DNA of 64,000 bases. It comes from the human T2T-CHM13v2.0 reference genome, Homo sapiens. A model generated the notes under the pieces. The model worked only from the letters and a program-made list of their open reading frames with translations. It was not told the origin of the DNA and ran no database searches. The translations under genes were made by a program, and so were the position numbers. The first letter of the stretch is position 1; each line of letters begins with the position of its first letter. Below are positions 14,325-30,348 of the stretch, one piece after another. Location: assembly GCF_009914755.1 (NCBI RefSeq), contig NC_060947.1. One strand, given 5' to 3'.

Positions 14325-15415
14325 TTGAATGAGTTTTCTAGGGATGTTGCAATGCATTCCCACAAGTTCAGTGGCTTAAAACAACACACATTGAGTATCT
14401 TCCAGTTCTGAAAGTCAGAGTCCAAAATGAGTCTCCCTGGGATAAAATTGACATATTGGCAGGACCCCGTTCCTTCTGGAGGCTCTACACAGGGAGGATC
14501 TATTTTCTTGCCATTTCTAGCTTTTAGGAGTGTCAACTAAAAATAAAATCCTAACACCCCCTCCCCACCCCCGCACCCCTGCTCCCTGGTTATCTGAACT
14601 GATCCCTCCTCTCAGCCAAGGGCACTCCAAAGTTAACCTGAAAAACTGGTTCAGGCCATGATGGGAAGTGGAAGCTGGACATGCCTCATCATGCCCTCCT
14701 CCCTTTTGGAATCACTGATAGAACAGACTCTCTAACTCTGATAAGAAACCTTTATAATCTATTCTCTCTGGAGCCTGCTACCTGGAGGCTTCATCTTCAT
14801 CATAAAACCTTGGTCTCTACAACCCCTTATCATAACCCAGACATTCCTTTCTACTGATAATAACTTTTTCAACCAATTGGAAGCCCCTCTTCCTGCCACT
14901 TTGAGTTGTCCTGCTTTTCTGGACCAAACAAATATACATCCTACATGTATTGATTGATGTGTCATGTCTCCCTAAAATACATAAAACCAAGCTGTACTCC
15001 AGCCAGCTTAGGCAGATGTCATCAGGACCTCCTGAGGCTGTGTCAAGGGCACACCCTTAACCTTGGCAAAATAGACTTTCTAAACTGATTGAAATCTGTC
15101 TCAGTTACTTTTGGTTTAATGGGAGCTACCAATGTTTCTTGACTCATGGCCCCTTTCTCCATCTGCAAAGCCAGCCATAGCCACCAGGTCTAGTCTTTCT
15201 CAAGTTGCCACCTCTCTAGTTCTCCCTCCCCGCAACATTTTAAGGACCTTAGTGGTCACAAGGGACCACCTGTGTTACTCAGGATACTCTCCTTATTTTA
15301 AAATCAACTGATGAGAGAAAACTTAATTCCATATACAACCTGAATTTCCTATTGCCATGGTGCATAACACTTGTATAGGCTCTGGGAAGTAGGACATGAC
15401 ATCTTTGGGATGGGA
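14325..15415 (-). mobile_element. MLT1 LTR split by an ERV1 LTR
   Basis: cacaagttcagtggcttaaaacaacac...ccttctggaggctcta; resumes after 15122. Confidence 0.75.
14531..15121 (+). mobile_element. ERV1 MER4-group solo LTR
   Basis: tgtcaactaaaaataaaatcctaa...acatgtattgattgatgt...cttaaccttggcaaaat...; 4-bp TSD ggag. Confidence 0.8.
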
Positions 15416-15517
15416 GAGATCACCCTGTCTGCTATATGCATTCAAACTATTCGAGTTTCTTCTTGTAAGAATTATCATTCCTACCCATTTTGCCTTTCCT
15501 CGTGGGTTTTATTTTCA

Positions 15518-15858
<341 letters not shown>

Positions 15859-15910
15859 TAATAGGCGTACTTTGTATAGTTTAGGTATTAGCCCCTCATC
15901 AGTTTGACAC

Positions 15911-16272
15911 TGTGTGTGTGTATGTGCATGTGTGTATGCGCGTGTGTGTGCGTGTGTGTATGTGTGTGCACGTGTGTATGTGCATGTGTGTGTGCACGTG
16001 TGTGCATGTGTAAGTGTGTGTGCGTATGTGCATGTGTGTATGTGTATGTGTGCGTGTGTGTGCATGTGTGTGTATGTGCGTGTGTATGTGTGTACTGTAT
16101 GTGTGCATGTGTGCACGTGTCTGCATGTGTGTGCATGCATGCGTGTGCACATGTGTGTATGTGCATGTATGTGCATGTGTGTATGTGCACGTGTGTATGT
16201 GCATGTGTGTGTTTATGTGTGTGTATGTGTGCGTGTGTGTGTTGCGTGTGTGTGTGTATGTGAGTGTGTGTG
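15911..16272. repeat. Compound (TG)n/(TGCA)/(TGTA) microsatellite
   Basis: ~360 nt of alternating purine-pyrimidine sequence. Confidence 0.97.
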
Positions 16273-17262
16273 AGCACTTTTCTGTGAGGTATTTCTAAAA
16301 TATTCTTCTTTCTTCTCACAATTCAAATACTTAACCAGAATACTTCTAGTTGCTATTTTTCTTTCCATAACTTTCATCTGGGACTAATTAAGAACCAGAT
16401 AGCCAGAAAGGTCCTATGAATTATTATTTTAAGAATAAAGACAATGTTATTTTGTAGATGTTACAAAAATACAATGAATTGATTTCCAAGAACACCGTGC
16501 ACTCTTTTTTGTTTGTTTTTAGTGTCTCCAATAATTTATCTTGTAGGTAACCTATCCTCACAGAAGCACTCAGGGCAGAAGAGGAGACCGAGGTTTCTGT
16601 GCAATTATTTATTTGGAAATGGAGCCCATTCCCTTCCTGGAGCAGGAGCTCAGGAAGTGGAGGGAAGGACGTGAAACAGGAAAAGAGGAAAAGCCCATTT
16701 GAGGATTTATGACTGGATTTGCTGCCAAAGTTGCAACTACAGTTTTTTAGGATAACTGTAAGGCTGCACTGGGGAGATGAAAGAGGAAGCTATTTCTCCA
16801 TCTCCTTCCGTCCTCTATGGGTGAAGGATGGCTCCTTCTCTCTTCTGATCCTGAGTGCTGGAAAGCTCAAGAAATTCTTCTGAGAATTGAGTGAGTTCAG
16901 CCAGCCTGGATTCCCTGGAATTCTGGTGAAGCCTGACTGGGGTAAGAACAAAGATTGAGAAGGTTTGACTTGGTAGACAACCAGTACCTCATGAATGGAT
17001 ATCCTGTAACATAAAATAGTGGTAATACTAATAATAATTATCATTATTATTAGCAATAATGCTGCAGGTTTGTCGTTACTGCCTATGTATATTTTTTCCA
17101 GGATGAAAAAACTTCCTCCACATTCTAGGACAGAATTTCGCTTCACGAGTAGGTAGTCCACAGAATCCTAACCTCACAGGATGGTTCATTCAAAACAGAT
17201 TCAATGATAAAACACACTTTAGAAAGGTTAAATATATGTTATCCTTGGTAGTGACTCATAAC

Positions 17263-17810
17263 CCTGTTAGTTATGGCTGTGTAACAAATTAACCCCAACA
17301 CTGAGCCATTTAAAGCCACACACAACACACATGTATTGTCTTGGTTTCTGTGGGCTTGGGATCTGAGGATGAGCCGGCATGGTTAGCTGGGTCTCACAGC
17401 TGAGGGTCTCTTAGGAGTTTGCAGTTGAGGTGGAGGTGGGGGCTACAGCATCTCAGGGCTTGACTGCAGAGGGATTTGCTTCCAAGCTCACTCACATTGC
17501 TGTTGGTGGGATTCAGTTCCTCACTGGCTGTTGTCCAGAAGGTTCCTTTCATTCTGAGTCACGTGGACTTCTCCATTGGGAAGCTTACGACGCACAGGCT
17601 GACTTCCCTCATAGCAAGCACCCAATCAAGCCAGTGAGGGGGATGAGGAATATGGAAGCCACAGCCTTTGTGTAACCTAATTTTGGTAATTGCATTCCAT
17701 TGCAGTCAACACATTGTGTTCATTAGAAGCAAGTCGTGCATCCTGCCTACACTCAGGGAAAATGATTATACAAGGGAGTGAATGCCAGGAGTGGGGGGTT
17801 CTTGAAGTTT
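17263..17810 (-). mobile_element. Old MLT1 (F/G/H-like) LTR
   Basis: ggctgtgtaacaaattaacccc...gcttccaagctcactcac...ggggggttcttg. Confidence 0.6.
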
Positions 17811-17874
17811 CTCTTAGAGTGAGCTTTCCTATGTTGGCAACATATGCAGAATCTCTAGTATATCAGGTTCAATC

Positions 17875-18181
17875 AGGAAGAGATAACCTGCAAAATGGGA
17901 CAAAATATTTGCAAACTCTGCATCCAACTAATATTCAGAATCTACAGGGAACTCAACAATAACGAAAAAAATCCGTATAACCCTATTAAAATGTGGTTAA
18001 AGAACATGAACACACAGTCTTCAAAAGAAGACATATCAATGGCCAAAAAGCATATGAAAAATTGCTCAACATGACCAATCATCAGAGAAAAGCAAATTGA
18101 AACCATAATGAGATATATTCTTATTTCAATCAGACTAGCTATTTTTTTTTGAGACAGAGTCCCACTCCGTCACCCAGGCTG
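17875..18181. mobile_element. L1 ORF2 fragment (+) joined to ~40 nt of an antisense Alu 3' end
   Basis: aaaatatttgcaaact...caaaagaagacata...atcatcagagaaa; then tttttttttgagacagagtcccactccgtcacccaggctg. Confidence 0.8.
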
Positions 18182-18675
18182 TAGATAATTTGATTATTAC
18201 TGCCATGCCTTGGTATTTGTGTTTCAAGAGCTGCCAGCAACTGCTATTAAAGGATGCATTTATAAACATCCCTGTGAAATTGATCACTGAGTCAGCTCCT
18301 GAAATATCTGGAAAGACTGTGTCCACTTTATGTATCTCTCCTCTATATATAGGAAGTCCCAAGAAAATGGGAGTCCAGTATCAAAAAAGGATTTGCTTCT
18401 TAAATAGCACCACACTTTCTTCTATTTAATATTGAAAACTGTCAAGGACTATGTTCTTTCTTTATTTAGACTGCCAGAAAGTACAGACACATCACCATCT
18501 GTGTTCATCCTCGTGGTTTCATTGTCAGCCCTCACTGTCATATCACCCTGGTTTTCTATCACTCATTTATAATCTGTATTCTTTATATCCTATTTTTAGT
18601 TGCATTTTGTATATCTTATATTATTCTGTTTCTTCTTTCCTGAAGCGTCCTCCTTCTTTTCAAAGGACAAGGCAA

Positions 18676-18971
18676 GGCCAGACATGATTGCTCATGCCTG
18701 TAGTTCTAGCATTTTGGGAGGCTGGGGTGGGGGGATCACTTGAGCCCAGGAGTTAAAGATTAGTCTGGGCAACATGGCAAGACCTTGTCTATAAAAAATA
18801 AAAAAATTAGCCCAACATGGTGGTGCACACCTGTATTCCCAGCTACCTGGGAGTGGGAGGTGGGAGAATCACTTGATCCCAGGAGGTCAAGGCGGTAGTG
18901 AGCTATGATTGCACCACTGCACTCCAGCCTGGGAGACAGAGCAAGACCCTGTCTCCAAAGAAAGAAAGAAT
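18676..18971 (+). mobile_element. AluJ-like
   Basis: Perfect TSD aaaggacaaggca 18662-18674 / 18972-18984. Confidence 0.93.
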
Positions 18972-19567
18972 AAAGGACAAGGCATGGCCTGTAAGTTGAC
19001 AACCAACAAAAGAATCACTACAATTACAAACTGCCCTCCAATTTGGAGCAGTTCTGGTGGCTCAGACCATGTGGTTAAATACCCTGGTTTCTAGTGACTT
19101 TGAGGGTGTGAGGTTTCCCATACACATACACAGCACAGCTTCTCAGAGGTCTGAAAATGGTTTCCTTTTCCGGTTTGCACTCTCTGCTCGTAGGTTTTAC
19201 AACAGACGTAAATGTTCATGTCCTATGTAGCATGTTCAACAATTGTGCAATGTATAATTTCACCATTTGCAAGGATACTAAGTGAGTGGAAAACTGAATT
19301 TATAACGTTGATGTACATTACACCTGTTGCCTGATGTATTAGTCAGGATAAAAGAGAACTAATAGAATGTGTTTGTGTGTGCATGTAGTTGACCCTTGAA
19401 GAACACAGCTTTCAACTTATACGTGAATTTTCTTCTACCTTTGCCATCCCTGAGACAGCAAGACCAACCCCTCCTTTTCCTCCTCCTGCTCCTCAACGTG
19501 AAGACAGTGAGAATGGAGACCTTTAGGATGATCCATTGAAAATGAAAGTTTAAAAAAAGAATATATT

Positions 19568-19874
<307 letters not shown>

Positions 19875-19956
19875 CTAACATCATAAATAAATAAATAAAT
19901 AGCAAATCTATTTTTTCTTCCTTATGATTTTCTTTCATGACATTTTCTTTTCTCTA

Positions 19957-20282
<326 letters not shown>

Positions 20283-20416
20283 AAGAACACAGTATTGAAT
20301 ACATATAATGCACAACATTTGTGTTAATCAACTGTTTATATTACCAGTAAAGCATCTGGTGAACAGTAGGCTGTTAGTAGTTAAGTTGTGGAGAAGTCAA
20401 AAGTTATAAGTGGATT

Positions 20417-20710
<294 letters not shown>

Positions 20711-20784
20711 AGTTATAGGTGGATTTTTTACTGTGTTGGGGGGAGTCAGTGACTCTAACCTCTGTGTTGTTCAAAGATCAACTG

Positions 20785-21182
20785 TATATATAGTTATATA
20801 TACTTTTATATAGGTACACATATACATATGCCAACATGTTTATATTTATATACATATTTTACATATGTATATGTTTATATGTATTACTATATAACCAGTT
20901 ACATATATAAATATATATGTATTGTGTATATATGTATATAAATAAGTATATATGTCTTTGTGTATATGAATAAATACACATGCATGTAAATATAAATATA
21001 TGTATATATACATATATTTATTTACATATACATACACTTACATACATTTATATATACATACACATATACACTATATATAATATATAAATACATATACTTT
21101 ATATACACTCACACAAATGCACACATATATATATTTTTTATACACACACACATATATATTTCTTTACATACACACATACACA
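20785..21182. repeat. (TA/CA)n low-complexity expansion
   Basis: Degenerate TATATACA repeats. Confidence 0.9.
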
Positions 21183-21809
21183 GAGTTTTGAAGAAATTGG
21201 CTTATGTGATTGAAGAGACTTGGCAAGCCCGATGTCTCCAGGGTAGACCAGAAGGCTGGAGACCCAGGGAAGAGCTGATGCTGCAGCTCAAGCCCAAAGT
21301 CCTCTGTGTGGAGGCAGAATTTCTTCCTCCTCCAGGGCCCACAGTCTTTTGTTCTCTTACAGTCTTCAGCTGATTGGACAAGGCCCATGTACCTCATGGC
21401 GGGCAATCTGCTTTACTCAAAGTCTATGGATTTCGGCATTAATCTCATCTAGAAAATACCTGCACGACAATGCCTAGGCTAGTGCTTGACCAAATACTTG
21501 GGTTCCATGAGCTCACCAAGCTGTCACATCAATTTGACCCTTGCTCTAAATTTTAAAATGTTTTGTATTGCAAACTTGCAATTTCTTTGCTTGTACACAC
21601 CCCTCTATGTAGGACACTTGTGCTCCACAGTCAATCCTGCCAACTGCACCTCTTACTCCAGTCAATGCCATCATGGCCAGTTGCCTGCAGCTTTTGCCAT
21701 GTTCCCCAGGTGTCTCGTGGCTGGCTTGTCTCAATTGTGTGGTGGCACCTTCCCCTCCTGCCACCTTCCTTCTCTGCAAATAGTTTGACTTTTGCAACCA
21801 AGCAAGCAA

Positions 21810-22560
21810 GACACAGGAGAGAAGAGCCTGAGATGGAGCAAGGACTCCCCTCTTTGGAGCCTGTGGGATTCCCCACACGTGGAAATAAAGGAAAATCTTG
21901 AGTTCCTTGGAGGGAAATTCCAGGCATCTAGCTGGCTCTAAGAAGTCAATGAGCAGCCTGATAAGCAAGAAGGTAATCGTAGCTTAAAACAATTGCCAAG
22001 GAAGAAGTTAGAGTCACGAGATGCTTGGCTCCCCTACATGTGTTTGCAGAAACTCAGACCTCCACCCAATAAATCTACTACCCTCTCCCCTGACCACAGA
22101 TAAGGGGGACTGGGGGTTACACTCTGAGCACCATTCCTTGTTCTCAATTTCTTTCCAAGGGGCCTGGATGTCACGGCCCTGGGTCAGAATGAACCTTCTT
22201 TCCTGCTGATCCCAAATTTTAAGACAAAGCTTTGCCTGCTTCGCTGATTACAAATCAGAGGGACTTTGAATCCACCTAGACCCGTAGGCCTCTGCTTTGG
22301 GATTTCTCGCTGTTTTAGGTCAAACCAATGTATAACCTCCATGCATTGATTTATGACTTTGCCTGTAACCTCTGCCTCCATGAATTAAAGAATTCATACC
22401 AAGAAGCCATCATGAAGGCCAGGGTTTAACCATGAGCTGCCCAATTCTCCTTGTTTGGTTCCCTGCAAATAAACACCTTCCTTTCTCCCACTGCAAACCT
22501 CACTGTAGACATCTGGTCTTACTGCACTGGGTGAGCAGACCTCAGTTCAGCTCCAAAACA
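21810..22560 (+). mobile_element. ERV1 LTR (MER34/MER39-like)
   Basis: ggaaataaaggaaaatcttgagttcc...gggaaattccaggca...gataagcaagaaggtaat; ccctgcaaataaac near the end. Confidence 0.65.
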
Positions 22561-23222
22561 AGATGATGCAGCCTCTGCACCTTGAGAATTGCAGGCTGCT
22601 GGACAAATGCCTTTGCTTGCAGCCCTTGGGAGGACAGTTCTGAGACACATTTCTCAAGTCCAGGTTAGATAAGACCCCCGTTGTCTGTAACAGGGATGAA
22701 GACCACAACCCAATCTTGTTTGCCTTTCTCTCTTTCCAGTTTCACACTTGACCCATAAACCACTTGGCAAGGAAACTTCCTGCACACAGCCCTGCCCAGG
22801 CAATGATACCCTTGAGTGAGCATCTGATAAGCCAAAACAATTAAGAATGAAAGAATGCAATGACTTGCACAGTGAAGAATGCGAGATCCAAAGTAAGGTC
22901 TTAGCTGTGAGACCAGCCATGACATGAGTGTGAAATATTGGAGCCTGTGGCCTGCACTCAACAGAGGGTGTTTGCAGCTTATATGGAAATAAAATTCATA
23001 ATACTGTAGGGTCAGAATAGGTAGAGGGTTTTGGATCGTGGGGTGTATGTGTGTGTATGTATGTGTATTAGTGTATATATGCACATACGTGTATATGTGT
23101 GTGTGTGTATATATATATATGTATAAATATGAATTAGCATGTGTATCTCTACCTTACTCCTTGAGGCAAAATTCATCTTCTCATATACTGGGCAGAAATA
23201 TTGTTCTCCTCCTACAAAGTCA

Positions 23223-23770
23223 TGTTCAAATATTGTGACCCTACCTTATCCAATTTTATTATTCACATAAGTTAGTTCACACACTTCTATAAGGCAGTTC
23301 AAATCCTTGATGAATATCTACATCTACATATAGCCATACATACACACACACATACATACATGCATCTACATCTAGACAGGCATAAATGCATGCACATACA
23401 TCACAGATAGACGATAGATAAGTAATAGGTACATAGATAATAGATAGATAAATGAATAATAGGTGATTGATAGACTGATGATATAATAGATACATAATAC
23501 CTATATGAATGCATGATAGATAAACAGATGATAGCTAGGTAGATAGGTAGAGAATAGATAGATGAATGGATAGATAGGTGATGGATAATATATAGATAGA
23601 AAGATAGATAATAGATGAATGGGTGGATGGAAGATAGATGAATAGATGGAATAAATATATAACAGATAGCTTGATAGATGGATGAGATAGATAGATACAT
23701 AGATAGATGATAAGTGGATAGATAATAGATAAAGAAATACATGATAGAAGAGATACACAATAGCTAGATG
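23223..23770 (+). repeat. Left arm of inverted duplication B
   Basis: Reverse complement of 26226-26780, including ~100 nt of unique sequence (tgttcaaatattgtgaccctaccttatccaattt). Confidence 0.93.
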
Positions 23771-24272
23771 GATAGATGATAGATAGTAGATAGATAAATA
23801 GATGATTGGTAAATAGTTATAAAATAGGCAGATAAGAAGAGAATAGATAAATGGATGGATAGATGAATAGATGATACATAGAAAGATAGCAGATGAATGG
23901 ATGGATGAAAGACGGATAGGTAGATAGAATAAATATATAATAGCTTGATAGATGAATGATAATAGGTAGATAGATGATAGGTAGATAGATAGATGATAGA
24001 TAGATAAATGGTAGATAATAGATGAACGAATGGATGATAGAACAGTAACATAATAGCTAGATGGATGGATGATAGATAGCAGATACATAAATAAATGATA
24101 AGTAAGCAGATAGATAGACGATAGGCAGTTAGGTAGAGAATAGATTAATGGATAGATAGATGAATGAATAATACCTAGAAAGATAGACAGATAGATAATA
24201 GATGAATGGATGATAAAAGGTAGATAGATAAATAATAGATGAGACATAGATAGATAGATGATAGATAGATAT
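23400..24272 (+). repeat. Degenerate (GATA/GATG)n array with ~290-bp higher-order units
   Basis: Recurring landmarks agagaataga (~23548, 23838, 24135), aatagctagatgga (~23759, 24052), aataaatatataa (~23650, 23928). Confidence 0.9.
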
Positions 24273-25115
24273 CCATTAAAATAAAATGCAATGTCATGTG
24301 CCAAATACTTAATGCAAAGCAGTGAAGGAGACAAAAGCATCTTCTTATTGGACTTCTGGGCTCTGTGTATATCAGAGATTCTCTAAATTATGGGAGGAGG
24401 TGACTCAATTTCATATTAACTCCTCATACGCTGATGCCTCCAACTCTCCACTCAAATTCATCTACCTATCTGCCTATCACCTAACTACTTATCATCTATC
24501 TATTTATCTATCTACTCTCTATCATCCACCATTCGTCTAGCCATTAGGTTTCTATTCTGTCTATCTATCAGCCATTTAGATATGTGAGACAAGGGAAAAG
24601 GGAAGAAGACAGCAATGGTAAGCCCAAGAAAACTCAATGAGAGCATGTTTGCAACAGTGGATGCCATTTATAAGTAATTTTTTACTTTATTTTACTAAAT
24701 AAGTGAATGCATGAAGAGCATAGGTTGCTGAGGGAAGGCAGGTGACAGAAGGAAACGGTGGCCTGCTCAGAAAGAAAAGGTAGACAGAAAAAAAGGGGGG
24801 CTGCAGGACACCCAGAGATAAACTGGTCAAGATGTACTTGTCCTTAGGAACCAAGAAACACTCATTAATTCATTCCATGGCGACTGTTTCTCCAGCAAGT
24901 GGAGAGACAGTAATCTGATCCCCTGAACATGGCCCCAGTAGCAAGGTCAGCTCTGGGCCAAGTTACCAGTTGGGCAAAAGTTCCCAGAATGTCTACCTCG
25001 TCCTTTTTGGGGACAGCTGGTTCCTCCACGCCAAACCTATTTTTGCAGTTCTAAGTCTCTAAGTAGCCATTCATCTCTCCTCCCAGGCACGTGTCATGCT
25101 ATACACACCTGCTGT

Positions 25116-25654
<539 letters not shown>

Positions 25655-25730
25655 ATACAGAGCATTTTCATTTTGAGAAGTAAAAGATACGTGGATTCCT
25701 ATGACTCCAAATGTCTGCCCCTTTAGCATC

Positions 25731-26218
25731 TATATGTGTGTGTGTGTATGTATGTGTGTATATATGTATTGTGTATGTGTGTATATATATGTGTGTGTAT
25801 GTATGTGTGTACATATGTGTGTGTATGTATGTGTGTATATATATGTGTGTGTGTATGTATGTGTGTATATATGTGTGTATGTATACGTGTATATATGTGT
25901 GTGTATGTGTATATATGTGTGTGTATGTATGTGTGTATATATGTGTGTATATATGTGTGTGTATGTATGTTTGTATATATGTGTGTGTATGTGTGTGTGT
26001 ATATATATGTGTATGCATGTGTGTGTATGTGTGTATATATGTGTGTATGTATGTGTGTATATATATGTGTGTGTGTATGTATGTGTGTATATATATGTGT
26101 GTGTATGTATGTGTGTATATATATGTGTGTGTGTATGTGTGTATATATGTGTGTGTATGTATGTGTGTATATATGTGTGTGTGTATGTATGTGTGTATAT
26201 ATATATGTGTGTGTGTGT
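25731..26218. repeat. (TG)n(TA)n compound microsatellite
   Basis: ~490 nt of TGTGTATATA-type repeats. Confidence 0.97.
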
Positions 26219-26225
26219 TTCTATA

Positions 26226-26780
26226 CATCTAGCTATTGTGTATCTATTCTATCATGTATTTCTTTATCTACTATCTACCTATCATCTATCCATTATCTGT
26301 CTACCTATCATCTATCTATGTATCTATCTATCACATCCATCTATCAGGCTGTTATATATTTATTCCATCTATTCATCTATCTTCCACCCATCCAATTCAT
26401 CTGTTATCTATCTTTCTATTTATATATCATCCATCATCTATTTATCCATTCATCTATCTATTCTCTACCTATCTACCTATCATCTATTTTTCTATCATGC
26501 ATTCATATAGCTATTATGTATCTGTTATATCATCTGTGTATCTATCTGTCATCTATTATGCGTTTATTTATCTATTATCTATATACCTATTACTTATCTA
26601 TCATCTATCTTTTATGTATGTGCATGCATTCATGCCTGTCTAGATATAGATGCATGTATGTATGTGTGTGTGTATGTAGATGTAGATATTCATTAAGGAT
26701 TTGAACTGCTTTATAAAAGTTTGTGAACCAACTTATGTGAATAACAAAATTGGATAAGGTAGGGTCACAATATTTGAACA
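26226..26780 (-). repeat. Right arm of inverted duplication B
   Basis: Ends ggataaggtagggtcacaatatttgaaca; ORF-track peptide HLAIVYLFYHVFLYLLS shared with 23501..24340(-). Confidence 0.93.
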
Positions 26781-28237
26781 GTATATATTACTGGGACGAT
26801 TTTCCTGTTTTCTTCAAATCCCACCTTGTTAACAAGTTAATAATAAGATTGATAAGGTCAAGTCAGGTTCCTGAGCTTTAGCCATGAGCTGCATCTTCCT
26901 TCTTCCCTGGGTCAGAAGACTCACAGATGATCCCTTATGCCCACAGGCAACAGAAGCTTTTATTTGAAAGTAGCAATGCAGACAGAATGTATTTTTAGAA
27001 ATTCATTAACATATGGGATGCTAAAGTATTAATCTTATCCTCCTTTGATCACTTTCAGCCTCATGCTTTCTGGGTGTTTTTATAATACGTTTCTTCACAT
27101 TTGCAAACTATTACATGACTCACATTTGGGAAATAAAAGTGACATTAGTTCAAAAGATTCAAACTTCTTCATTTTGACTCTAAAATCAGAAGTAACCTTT
27201 GATGATCTATAAACGCTTTGGATCTTTAATCCAACTATACAGCAAAGGGGAAAAAATTGGCATTTTTAAAGATGTTTTTATTGGAACTCTTCTTACAGAA
27301 GAAAAATCAGCAGTTATTTTACTATAACAGAATATACCATCAGTGCAAAGCATAAAGCATTTTAACTGAGTATGCAAATGCTACATGGTTATTCCAAAGG
27401 GAAGAGAGGTGAATGGAAAAGAAGATAAGCATGATTTATAGTATGTCAGTGCCTAAGACTGTTACCTTCTTAAAGTAACCAATAAAGAAGAGCAACTGTA
27501 TCTACTTACATAATTTTAGCAAAGACCTTGAAAACTGCAACAATTTAGAGCAAATGCATATTTGAGCTGTCATTAAGCAGGTAGATTAAAAGAGGAAAAT
27601 AGTGGTAGTTAAACACAAATATTATGATCAGAAGCGTTTAAAATTGAATGAAGCACATGGCAAGCAGCCATCATTCTGCTGCTCCACATCTAGGAAGAAA
27701 AATGCCAAAATAAGGAAGGCAATTTCCAAAATAAAAAAATAAAGCCTTCGCTGGAAGAACGTCTCCATTTTTCTTTATTCTTTGTGGGTTATGCCTACTC
27801 TTCCAGTTACTGGTCATCTGGGAATCTGTGGTTGCAAATTGTTAACATATAATTTCTTTCTAAGATACCACATGGTGCCCCTGGAATTAGAGTAGATGTT
27901 CTTTGGGGGCTTAGCTTTGGTTTAGAATTAACAAAATGATGAGCAGGCGGAGGATTTACTTTAAAGGAGGTTTAAGATTCCTTCTTGGCTCCAAATTTAT
28001 CCAGCATTAAATTAAAGGCCTATGAGAGCAAGTAGCCACTAAATAAATCTTTTTTCAAACATTAAGTGTGTATGTCATATTTAGGCACACGAAGGGTTTC
28101 TGAGGTGAATGTGTTTCATGGATGGATTGCCTGGGAAGGGAGTCCTAATATAAAATGGGTACTTTCTAATTTGGGTATGTATGGCTTTATTCATAAAGAA
28201 AAAGCAAACTAGAAAGATATGAGACATCACCCACAAC

Positions 28238-28495
28238 CAATGCTTCAGAAACTTCAATGTACATATGGATCCTGTTAAAATGAAGATTCTGGTGTGGCAG
28301 GCTGGGGCTGGGACCCAAAATTCTGCATTTCCAACAGCTCCCAGGTGATGCTGATGCTATGAGCCCATGGACCACACTGAAGGGCTGTGCCCCAGCCCAC
28401 CACATGTAAGTCACAATCTCCAGGAGCAGAACCTGGCACTGGATTCTTTTTTAAACTCCCAGGGGATGCTACCATGCAATCAGAATTCAAAAGCA
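28238..28495. mobile_element. MER5A- and MER5B-like hAT fragments
   Basis: ctgttaaaatgaagattctg...tctgcatttccaacagctcccaggtgatgctgatgct...ggaccacact. Confidence 0.75.
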
Positions 28496-28651
28496 TGAAT
28501 GTACACTCATAGATGGGTTTTCCAGAAGAGAATAAAACCTAAAATCCCTTAGAGTTGTCCAAGTTCATGTTACAAGACAGCAGCATCGTGAAGACTACAG
28601 GCTACTTCCCTGACCTCTAGGTCTTGGTAGCTGACACTTTATTACTCTAAT

Positions 28652-29327
28652 GCGGGGGACCCCAAACCCCCAGGCCATGGAACAGTAGTGGTCTCTCCAT
28701 CATAGTTCCTCCTTTTACTAACATCATGGCTGCAGGATGCCCTCTTACGATTTAAAAAGTGACATCAAACCAAAGGAGGTGGCCGGGCACGGTGGCTCAT
28801 GCCTGTAATCCCAGCACTTTGAGTGGCCGAGTGGACCAGTCCTGGTCCATGGCCTGTTAGGAACTGGGCTGCACAGCAGGAAGTGAGCAGCAGGTGAGCG
28901 AACTTTCGTCTGTATTTACAGCCATTTCCCATTGCTCCTTACTGCCTGAGCTCCACCTCCTGTCAGATAAGCGGCGGCATTTGATTCTCATAGCTGTGTG
29001 AACCCGATAGCGAACTGTGCATGCGAGGGATCAAGGCTGCGTGCTCCTTATGAGAATCTAATGCCTGATGATCTGTCACTGTGTCCCATCACCTCCAGGT
29101 ACAACCATCTAGTTGCAGGAAAACAAGCTCCGGGCTCCCACTGATCCTACATGATGGTGAGTTGTAGAATTATTTCATTATATGTTACAATGTAGTTATT
29201 ATAAAACTAAAGTGCACAATAAATGTAATGCATTTGAATCATCCCAAAACCACCCCTCCCCAGTGTCAGTGGAAAAGTTTTCCTCCATGAAATCAGTCCC
29301 TGGTGCCAAAAAGATTGGGGACCACTG
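28652..29327. mobile_element. MER1A-like hAT-Charlie element with an internal foreign insert
   Basis: gggggaccccaaacccccaggcc...tgtgaacccgatagcgaactgtgcatgcgaggga...gtgccaaaaagattggggaccactg. Confidence 0.88.
28694..28831. repeat. Inverted copy of 29712-29850 inserted in MER1A
   Basis: catcatagttcctc...tttaaaaagtgacatcaaaccaaaggagg plus an Alu head equals the reverse complement of 29712-29850. Confidence 0.9.
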
Positions 29328-29375
29328 CTCTAGTATATATGGTATGAAGAACTTTAATTGATTAAAAGCAATTAA

Positions 29376-29816
<441 letters not shown>

Positions 29817-30047
29817 TGATGTTAGCAAAATGAGGAACTATGATGGAGAGGCAGAAAGTGACAGGGAAAGTGGATGAGGAGAGAAGAGAGACAGATCAGA
29901 TGGGGAAGATTTGGTCAGGAATTCCTTGGGCTTGAGTTTGTAAAACAGACTCCTTTGGCAAAGCCAGATTGCCATGGTGTCGATATCTCACATTCTTTCT
30001 CCCGCCCACTGGCTTTTCCTGACATGCCCACTCAACTTCATTGAAAG

Positions 30048-30348
<301 letters not shown>

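Noticed and set aside
26800-28200. Repeat-poor unique stretches (also ~31800-32520 and ~42100-44450) as exons or enhancers
   Set aside because: No convincing ORF, splice pattern or CpG island. Function cannot be judged without conservation or chromatin data.
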